64,000 bases of DNA, taken from assembly GCA_015062435.1 (NCBI GenBank), contig SUUR01000005.1, forward strand, positions 5,563 to 69,562, in the 5' to 3' direction. Positions 18,921-26,324 of this stretch are shown here, piece after piece. The position numbers and the translations under genes were made by a program. The notes under the pieces were generated by a model. The model was not told where the DNA came from. It searched no databases and saw only the letters and a program-made list of their open reading frames with translations. Source of the stretch: Alphaproteobacteria bacterium (GTDB taxonomy: Bacteria; Pseudomonadota; Alphaproteobacteria; RF32; CAG-239). The first letter of the stretch is position 1. Every line of letters begins with the position of its first letter.

Positions 18921-21900
18921 CTAATTCCTCCGGTTTTTAGCAACTTCTTGCAATACATATCCGGCCACTTTTTTATCAAGGTCAATATATGAACCATTGT
19001 TTTTGATGTGTCCGATATCTTCACCTTTTACGCTAACAACTCTGCCAGTTGGGGTTAGGCGTCCGATATATTTACCATCATTACCTAAAATGGTTGCTCC
19101 GACCTTAAAGGTTTTGCCGATAATATTATTTTTAAGGTTTACGGCTAAACCTCCGGATAGCACTTTGCCAATTATCTTACCATCAGATGTTCTTATTGTA
19201 CCATCAAAATTTATATAACCCACAACTTTATCATCGTTACCGATAACAATATCTCCGTTAACTATTTCTCCGATAAGTCTTCCACCTAAACTTAAAACAT
19301 TGCCGTCTGATAAGACTCTACCGATAGCAACGTTTGAAGAATTTACAACTTCTCCATCAGGCACTATAACACCGATAACATTGCCACCATAGTCTATTGC
19401 ATATCCGATCTTTAATAAATTTAATCCGCTATCCGTAGCTCCTCCAGGTAAAACAGATGTTATGTTCTTACCTTTCAAATCAGTAATATCTCCCAAAGAA
19501 TTTAACATTCCCTGATAATTACCCCATATATCAATCATTACACCTTCGGGAATTACTTCACCGATAATCTGTTTATCTTTATCGACAACTTTAGCATCAT
19601 ATGTACTGTATCCGCTTATTTTTCCATCACTATCAATAACTTCTGAAGATAATGTTGCGTATCCTAAATAAGCTCCGTCATAACCGATTGCAGGACCTCT
19701 TTTAACAGTTGCCCCTTGAAATTCTCCTTGATGATTAAAATAATTTCCTTTTCCATCAATGTAACCGAGTTTGTCCCCATAACGATTGATAACTTTTCCG
19801 TGATTATCAACTTTTCCGACAATTTCTCCATTGAGGTTTATTACTTCAGACTGAGGAATCACCATTCCTCTTGCAGAGCCATAAAAAGTAATGCCCCCGT
19901 TTTTAATCGTACCTTGAATAGCACCTTGATTATCATAAACGTTACCGTCAGCAAAAATTCTGCCAATCAGATTGTTTTTAGAATCCATGATGGCAGTTTC
20001 TTCAGAAAGAGCTTTACCTATTATTTTGCGATCTTGATCCAGTATCAGTTCTGAAGTTGACATTGTTGCATCTGGTTGTCCATATATCTTGACATGAGCA
20101 AAATCATTGATTTCACCCAAAAATTTACCTTCAAAATCAAAGCCATAACTATTATCTACAATCTTACCGACATAAGTACCTTTATTGTCAAACACTTCTC
20201 CATACAGACCTACACAACCTATCGGTAATCCGGCTTCATTAACAACAATATTATCACTATTAACACGTCCCAAAAAATAGCCGTCATAATCTATGGCAGC
20301 ACCTTTATATGCTGAATGTCCTATAAAATCTCCTCGCTCATTTAAAACACTACCATCAGGGTTAACACAGCCGATATAGCGCCCATCGCTATCTTTAACA
20401 ATGCCGTTATTATCTATAAAACCAAGTAACCGACATTTTTTATCAAAAACTTTTGCAGGAGATATAATTTTTCCGGCATATTCACCTTGCGAATTAATAG
20501 CAACACCTTCAGGTGTTATTTTTAATCCGGTATCTTGATTGTCTTTTTTTATCAGACCATCTCTATCCAAATAACCTAACTGCTTACAACCATATCCGGC
20601 AACAAAACTTCCGGATACCATTTTGGCAATAATACGAGAACCATTAACTTCTCTAACCATTCCATCGGAAGTTGCTCTCCCTACAATCTGACCGCCAGCA
20701 CCTTCAATTGATCCGTCATTATTAACTTTTCCGAGTATTGTACCTTGAGGAGTTATAGGCAAAGCATCAGTTAAAACTAAAGATCCTAAACTGCCTTCTC
20801 CGATAAAATTAATTACACCGTCTTTATCTGCAAAACCTATCAAACTCTTGTTAAAACTATATACTTTTCCATCATCATCTACATAGCCGATAACATTACC
20901 ATCTTTATCAAATGCCAAGCGAACTTTCTTTCCTAACTCAGCAATTTTATCACCGTTCTTAAGAATAAAATTTCCGTCTTTATCAATATAACCGACAACA
21001 TTACCATCTTTATCCAACAAAAGTTGAGCCATTTCACCAGCTTTACCGATAACATTACCATCCAGATCAACCAATGTTCCGTCTTCTAACATTTTACCGA
21101 TTATGTTACCATTAAAATCTCGAACATTACCATCTTTATCTATATAGCCGATAACATTACCGTCTTTATCATAAGCCAAACGGAGCTTATCTCCAAGTTT
21201 ACTAAACATCGGCAGATCACTAACAATGTTTCCATCTTTATCTATATAACCAATAACTCTGCCATTTTTATCCATTAAAAGCTGAACTTCTTCTCCGGCT
21301 TTACCGATTACGTTACCATCTAAGTCAACTAACGTTCCGTCTTCAAGCATTTTACCGATAACATTACCTTCAAAATCCCGAACATTGCCATCTTTATCTA
21401 TATAGCCGATAACATTGCCGTCTTTATCATAAGCCAAACGAAGTTTATCTCCAAGTTTACTAAATATTGGTTGCTCATCAACCGTGGCAATGATTTCCCC
21501 TTTATCTCCCAATATTAAAGATTTTTCTTCTCCGGCTTTGCCAATTACATTACCTTTATTATCGACAATTGTTCCGTCAGCTCTGGCTTTGCCGATGATA
21601 TTACCTTTTGAATCCCTAACGTTGCCGTTATCATCGATATAGCCGATAACATTACCATTCTTATCTTCGGCTAAGCGATATTTATTTTTACCAACTTTTC
21701 CTTGTGGGTTATCTATTCTGATAACATTACCATTATCATCAATTCGCCCAACCAAATTACCTTCTTTATCAACAACACTGCCATCAGGCATCACAACCCC
21801 AATGACATTCCCATCTTTATCAACCGCAACTTTTCCGGCTTTACTAACTCTCCCGATAATATTACCGTCAACACCTTCAACAGATCCATCAGGACGTACT

Positions 21901-22937
21901 CGTCCAATAATATTAGAATCTTTATCTACCACTGTGCCATCAGGCAAAACTCGTCCGATAATATTTCCGTTATTATCATATACAAAACCGGTATCAACCG
22001 CTTTACCTATAATATTTCCGCTTAAATCTACCACTGAACCATCAGGCAAAACTCGTCCGATAACATCTCCATCAACATTAACAACACTATTGTCCGGACG
22101 CACATGTCCTATAACATTACCGTACGAATCGTATACTGCTCTACGGTTATCTGCGACGCCCAGAACATTTCCTTTGTCATCAACAATAAAGCCGTCAGAA
22201 TCAACTTTACCAATAAGATTTCCATTAAAATCTCTGACAAAACCATCTTCATCAATAACGCCTATTATCTTTCCATCAGGGCCTATTGCATTGCGAATCG
22301 GTTTTCCGTCTTTTGAAATCGTAGGTGCTCCGGTATCTTCACAAATTGTGCAATCTTCTTTTACAACAGCCGAACCGGTAACCGGTACTTTAGCTGATTT
22401 TACATTAGCTTGTCCCAAACTGGTTTCATACCATGATATGATGAAATTATTTTGAACATTACCGGCAATAACGGGGGCCCAATTCATCGTGATGTTGCAA
22501 GTTTGGTTACCACTAAGAACGAGATCTTTACAAGTATTATTAAAAGTAAAACCATCTGCCGGAGGTTCTGCAAGCTCCACACTAACAATTTTTACAGATA
22601 CTTTTCCGTTAGTACCTAAGGTAAGAACATTTCTGGCATCAGTGCCTAATACAACCTCCCCCATCGGAACAGGGTTCGGAGTTGTTGTCAGAGGGATTTC
22701 ACCTTCAATTGTAGAAAACTCTATGTTTTGAGATAGCGGCAATGAACTATCAACATTTAAGACGTCAGCATTATCATTAAAAACAGGTTCAACATATTCA
22801 TCTACGGGGCGATTGCTTTTTATGAGAAGAAATATGCCAAAAATAAATACAGTAAGAGAAATAATGCCAATCGTTAAAATTATACGATTAGTTTTTTTTA
22901 CATATTGCTCCGAGTGTGTTAAATTTTCTTTTGCCAT
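18921..22937 (-). CDS. 1338-aa membrane-anchored repeat protein between virB9 and virB10, using the same 17-residue repeat family as the VirB10 N-terminus
   Basis: N-terminal TM anchor (IILTIGIISLTVFIFGIFLLI) and a ~170-aa non-repeat domain. The rest is repeats, e.g. IIGRVLPDGSVVDLSGN, IIGKAVDTGFVYDNNGN, IIGRVLPDGTVVDKDSN. Gaps to both neighbours are only 2-9 nt. Confidence 0.75.
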   Translation of the reverse strand: MAKENLTHSEQYVKKTNRIILTIGIISLTVFIFGIFLLIKSNRPVDEYVEPVFNDNADVLNVDSSLPLSQNIEFSTIEGEIPLTTTPNPVPMGEVVLGTDARNVLTLGTNGKVSVKIVSVELAEPPADGFTFNNTCKDLVLSGNQTCNITMNWAPVIAGNVQNNFIISWYETSLGQANVKSAKVPVTGSAVVKEDCTICEDTGAPTISKDGKPIRNAIGPDGKIIGVIDEDGFVRDFNGNLIGKVDSDGFIVDDKGNVLGVADNRRAVYDSYGNVIGHVRPDNSVVNVDGDVIGRVLPDGSVVDLSGNIIGKAVDTGFVYDNNGNIIGRVLPDGTVVDKDSNIIGRVRPDGSVEGVDGNIIGRVSKAGKVAVDKDGNVIGVVMPDGSVVDKEGNLVGRIDDNGNVIRIDNPQGKVGKNKYRLAEDKNGNVIGYIDDNGNVRDSKGNIIGKARADGTIVDNKGNVIGKAGEEKSLILGDKGEIIATVDEQPIFSKLGDKLRLAYDKDGNVIGYIDKDGNVRDFEGNVIGKMLEDGTLVDLDGNVIGKAGEEVQLLMDKNGRVIGYIDKDGNIVSDLPMFSKLGDKLRLAYDKDGNVIGYIDKDGNVRDFNGNIIGKMLEDGTLVDLDGNVIGKAGEMAQLLLDKDGNVVGYIDKDGNFILKNGDKIAELGKKVRLAFDKDGNVIGYVDDDGKVYSFNKSLIGFADKDGVINFIGEGSLGSLVLTDALPITPQGTILGKVNNDGSIEGAGGQIVGRATSDGMVREVNGSRIIAKMVSGSFVAGYGCKQLGYLDRDGLIKKDNQDTGLKITPEGVAINSQGEYAGKIISPAKVFDKKCRLLGFIDNNGIVKDSDGRYIGCVNPDGSVLNERGDFIGHSAYKGAAIDYDGYFLGRVNSDNIVVNEAGLPIGCVGLYGEVFDNKGTYVGKIVDNSYGFDFEGKFLGEINDFAHVKIYGQPDATMSTSELILDQDRKIIGKALSEETAIMDSKNNLIGRIFADGNVYDNQGAIQGTIKNGGITFYGSARGMVIPQSEVINLNGEIVGKVDNHGKVINRYGDKLGYIDGKGNYFNHQGEFQGATVKRGPAIGYDGAYLGYATLSSEVIDSDGKISGYSTYDAKVVDKDKQIIGEVIPEGVMIDIWGNYQGMLNSLGDITDLKGKNITSVLPGGATDSGLNLLKIGYAIDYGGNVIGVIVPDGEVVNSSNVAIGRVLSDGNVLSLGGRLIGEIVNGDIVIGNDDKVVGYINFDGTIRTSDGKIIGKVLSGGLAVNLKNNIIGKTFKVGATILGNDGKYIGRLTPTGRVVSVKGEDIGHIKNNGSYIDLDKKVAGYVLQEVAKNRRN
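20949..21464 (-). repeat. Two near-identical tandem 258-bp (86-codon) units inside the 1338-aa gene, flanked by more diverged copies (about 20870-21700)
   Basis: FSKLGDKLRLAYDKDGNVIGYIDKDGNVRDF(E/N)GN(V/I)IGKMLEDGTLVDLDGNVIGKAGE... occurs twice. The F codons that begin the units are at 21464 and 21206, exactly 258 nt apart. DNA identity looks high by eye, with scattered mismatches. Confidence 0.8.
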
Positions 22938-22946
22938 ATCTGTTTA

Positions 22947-24527
22947 TCACTGAGTTCTGACCACACTACAAAATACTCCGTTGCGACCTAATGCACCGCA
23001 CAATTTATCACCTTCAGATAGTGAATTTATTTTTCCTACTCTCAGGTGAAAGAGCTCTTTTCCTCTGCCATCTGCAGGAGCATCTACCGAGAAAAACGGC
23101 TCATATTTTCCGAGTTCATCAGGATATTGAACGGTTAACTTATCCCACAATTTTTCAAGATTGGTAACATTGTCATCGGTACCCAACTCAACAGAAATAT
23201 TAGAATTATCTCCATCGGCAAAACCTGAACCGTATCCGAATCGACTAACATAGGGATTTGCTCCAGAAGAATTGTTGTTACTTATTCTTTGCATCTTTGA
23301 AAAATCAAAACCCGATGAAGCATCATTCATATAGGCAGAAGAATACTGCGGAACAATTATATCTCCTCCCCCAACAGGAATATTGGTTTCACCAATAACT
23401 TGTTGTGTCACAGGCATTGGCATAGTAGGCGTTTGCCCCATTGGATCTCCAGACATGTTCGGTATCGCAGGAGACACTTCCCAACTTGGCGGCAAATAAT
23501 CTCTGGAATCTATTCCATATTCCAAACCGGCAGCATCAGAACGACGCAATTTGATACAGATAATTCTTTTGCCGTTTCTTAAAACCAAATCTCCCACACC
23601 TTCAACTATTATAAGTCGATTATCAGGCCCTTTTGTTCTAAAACCGATAGGAACTTCAACCCTTTCAACAATCATACTAACAACTGGGCGTTGCATCATG
23701 TTTAATGATTTTTTACCAAGATCAATGTATGTAAAGATATCATCTCTCCAAACTCTTTCAGGCGCAATAACAACGTCATCAGGATTGGGAACGTAAACTT
23801 CTAAATCAAAACGAAATTTTGACGGATCCAACGGAATAGTCTTCAACCAATCACTTTGCTGAAAACGTCTGGTGTAGTTTGCATCAACAGACTTTCCTCC
23901 TGATGTTGTTCCTCCGGTATGAGCTCCCAGCACACCTCCTGATGCTCCGCCCAAATTAGATGCCGCTCCTCCTTCAGGACCGCCAATAACATCAATATCA
24001 ATTATTGAGTTAGTTAAACGCTCTGTATTTACAGCCTCACTTTTAACATAAAAAACATAGCGGTTTCCTGAGCGACCAAAAACAATTACGTTAGTATCAA
24101 CACCAACATTAGCTCCTTTACGAGGGTATAGCATTAAAGAATTAGGACTTGAAATCTGCCCATCAAATGTGGCATTATCCCCGATAAAAATATCTTCTAT
24201 CATCTCCCATTCAGGGAAATTGACCAAAGTAATCATTCCCTCACGCACACGAATCGGCAACACTAAGTCCGGAGACCAATAATAACGAGAATACGCCGGT
24301 TTGCTTTGTCCTTCTCCTAAGTTTTGCATAGGATCAAGCCAAGCTTCTTGTGTCATCCCCAAAGAATTGAACCCCATATACCCCATATTCATAGGAGTGT
24401 AATTACCTTGTGCCTGATCTGCACTGGCATCCATCATTTGATGATCAACTTGCGCAAAAGCTACTGAAGAAAGAATCAATCCCCCCAGCAGCGTCAGATA
24501 AAATTTTGAATATTTTACAAATAACAC
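22947..24527 (-). CDS. virB9: VirB9-family T4SS outer-membrane core protein with a C-terminal SPOR-like extension
   Basis: 526 aa with a signal peptide (LLGGLILSSVAFAQ). VirB9-like blocks: NVIVFGRSGNRYVFYVKS and WRDDIFTYIDLG...PVVSMIVERVEVPIGFR...LIIVEGVGDLVLRNGKRIICIKL. The last ~85 aa (ISVELGTDDNVTNLEKLWDKL...ELFHLRVGKINSLSEGDKLCGALGRNGVFCSVVR) follow the SPOR pattern. Confidence 0.8.
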   Translation of the reverse strand: MLFVKYSKFYLTLLGGLILSSVAFAQVDHQMMDASADQAQGNYTPMNMGYMGFNSLGMTQEAWLDPMQNLGEGQSKPAYSRYYWSPDLVLPIRVREGMITLVNFPEWEMIEDIFIGDNATFDGQISSPNSLMLYPRKGANVGVDTNVIVFGRSGNRYVFYVKSEAVNTERLTNSIIDIDVIGGPEGGAASNLGGASGGVLGAHTGGTTSGGKSVDANYTRRFQQSDWLKTIPLDPSKFRFDLEVYVPNPDDVVIAPERVWRDDIFTYIDLGKKSLNMMQRPVVSMIVERVEVPIGFRTKGPDNRLIIVEGVGDLVLRNGKRIICIKLRRSDAAGLEYGIDSRDYLPPSWEVSPAIPNMSGDPMGQTPTMPMPVTQQVIGETNIPVGGGDIIVPQYSSAYMNDASSGFDFSKMQRISNNNSSGANPYVSRFGYGSGFADGDNSNISVELGTDDNVTNLEKLWDKLTVQYPDELGKYEPFFSVDAPADGRGKELFHLRVGKINSLSEGDKLCGALGRNGVFCSVVRTQ

Positions 24528-24531
24528 CTGA

Positions 24532-25254
24532 TTACTCCACCTTATTAAAGGTCAATGAATATTTATCAACAGTAAAACCTACGGGGTTTTTAAGTCGATC
24601 TCCAAACTTAACACTTTTGCGACGATAACGGACATTCATCGCTGCAGTCCAATAATTCACTTCAGGACGAACAGATTCCGGATACATATCTCTGGTTTCA
24701 TACTCAACCTGCCAAATTCCGTTTGCCAGCTCATTTACGGACAGAATTTTCACCTCTCGAGACAATCCCCTACTACGAATAATCTCCAAAGCTTTTTTGG
24801 CTGTATTTCTGACAAAGTCATCATAAATACGAGGAGAGGACATCTCCTTTATTTGCCCTTCAGGCCCCCAACGAGATTCCATTTCTTGTAAGTCACGACT
24901 AAAAGAACTACGAAGCAAAACATATTCTCTGACAAAAACCTCTGTTATCGCCTTTTGACTACGCAGACCTCCCATTATTGGCTGAATATGATACACCTGC
25001 TCCGATCGATCTTGAAATGTCAGCAAAAACGGTTCAACCCTGTAAAGCGGCATAACCTGAAAAATCGCAAGTATCAAAACTATATTACAACAGATACTTA
25101 ATGCCGTAATAATAGCAAAAGCTCTGGCAGTCCAGAGATAACGTTTCTCCCCTGCATTTGCAACAAACAAATCAGAGCTTTGCTGATAAGGAGCTTTACC
25201 GCCTCTGCCCTCCAACAACTTTTGCTTATTTGTACCGCTTATTTGCTCTGCCAT
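24532..25254 (-). CDS. virB8: VirB8-family T4SS inner-membrane protein
   Basis: 240 aa with one TM span (AFAIITALSICCNIVLILAIFQV) followed by PLYRVEPFLLTF...EVFVREYVLLRSSF. This bitopic NTF2-like layout is typical of VirB8. It sits directly upstream of virB9. Confidence 0.8.
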   Translation of the reverse strand: MAEQISGTNKQKLLEGRGGKAPYQQSSDLFVANAGEKRYLWTARAFAIITALSICCNIVLILAIFQVMPLYRVEPFLLTFQDRSEQVYHIQPIMGGLRSQKAITEVFVREYVLLRSSFSRDLQEMESRWGPEGQIKEMSSPRIYDDFVRNTAKKALEIIRSRGLSREVKILSVNELANGIWQVEYETRDMYPESVRPEVNYWTAAMNVRYRRKSVKFGDRLKNPVGFTVDKYSLTFNKVE

Positions 25255-25268
25255 CTACATGCTCACAA

Positions 25269-25457
25269 TTAAATTATTGCAACAAACCAATCCGGTAAAT
25301 TTTTGGGTAATTCAACCTCCATACAAGCGCATGGAGAAAGTTTAAGCTCATTACTACCCCTACCGATACCAACCGGCTCAGGCTCATAATAACTGCCAAA
25401 ACAACCTGACAACATGAACAAACCAAACAAAACAAATACTTTAGCTATATTATTCAT
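25269..25457 (-). CDS. VirB7-like small lipoprotein
   Basis: 62 aa with a hydrophobic leader and lipobox FMLSGCFG. It sits between two virB8-like genes, as in Rickettsiales rvh loci. Confidence 0.6.
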   Translation of the reverse strand: MNNIAKVFVLFGLFMLSGCFGSYYEPEPVGIGRGSNELKLSPCACMEVELPKNLPDWFVAII

Positions 25458-25558
25458 CTAAAAATCCTTACTTCAACTAACAAATACTTGTATAGATATT
25501 ATGAACTTATACTCTTTTAGTTTAAATGTCTAACAGCTTAACTATACTTATCAACAAA

Positions 25559-26311
25559 TTAGAATATTTCCACTTCAGCCTGAGAATATCTGACAACGGT
25601 AAAACCTAACGGGTTTAATAATCTGCGAGCCATAAACATTCTTTCTTTAATAAAATATGCGGTTATAGAAGCAGTCCAATAGCGTTCCTTTAATTCTGAT
25701 TTTTTGACTTCATTACTGTGATCTGTAACCAACTCATAAGTTTTAAAATCTATTTTCCATATTGAACTGTTGTCTCCACCTTGTCGTTTAAGACTTATAA
25801 TCTCAACCTCTTTTGAAACCGGATCTTGAAACATTGATTGCCAATTAGCGGCAATTCTTTTATAAAATGGTTCAAAAACTTCAAACGCTGATAAATAATG
25901 AACTATTCCGCCTGGAAACCAACGAGAACGCATTTCTATTGGATCATTAATAAATGTGTTTCGTAAAATTACATATTGACGAATAAAGGTTTCCATTAAT
26001 TGAGTTCTTGATGACATATCAGGTATTATCGGTTCTTCACGTACAATCTTTTGAGAACTGTCTTGATTGATTATCAGAAAAGGCTCTACCGTTACCATCG
26101 GAGCAAGCCTAAACAGCGCTAACGATAAACAGATCAACAACAACATAGATAAAACAGATGTCATGATGTAAAAACGAGAAAGCCACATATAATATTTATG
26201 TTTAAAGCCTTCTGTTTCCTTGTCCAATTCTTCCAGAAACTCCGGTGTTTCTATGGAATTGGCGGTAATGGCTTTGTGCTGAACTCCTTGTTCTATTTGT
26301 TTGTTTATCAT
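25559..26311 (-). CDS. VirB8-like paralogue (start taken at the internal ATG 26311 rather than 26350)
   Basis: TM span (FYIMTSVLSMLLLICLSLALFRL) followed by APMVTVEPFLIINQ...ETFIRQYVILRNTF, parallel to the 240-aa VirB8. The ATG at 26311 is preceded by an agggaa RBS and avoids overlapping the upstream ORF. Confidence 0.7.
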   Translation of the reverse strand: MINKQIEQGVQHKAITANSIETPEFLEELDKETEGFKHKYYMWLSRFYIMTSVLSMLLLICLSLALFRLAPMVTVEPFLIINQDSSQKIVREEPIIPDMSSRTQLMETFIRQYVILRNTFINDPIEMRSRWFPGGIVHYLSAFEVFEPFYKRIAANWQSMFQDPVSKEVEIISLKRQGGDNSSIWKIDFKTYELVTDHSNEVKKSELKERYWTASITAYFIKERMFMARRLLNPLGFTVVRYSQAEVEIF

Positions 26312-26324
26312 TGTTTTCCCTATA

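Noticed and set aside
20870..21700. Tandem direct repeats considered as a CRISPR-like array
   Set aside because: The 258-bp units are contiguous with no spacers, are in frame, and encode the repeat protein. No cas genes are present in the window.
21802..22455. 217-aa antisense ORF inside the 1338-aa repeat gene, plus similar ORFs at 19716-20054, 21702-22025 and 22104-22316
   Set aside because: These are shadow ORFs created by the repetitive, stop-poor antisense of the G/D/V/I repeat codons. Their sequence is low complexity (P/S/T/L-rich) and they have no start context.
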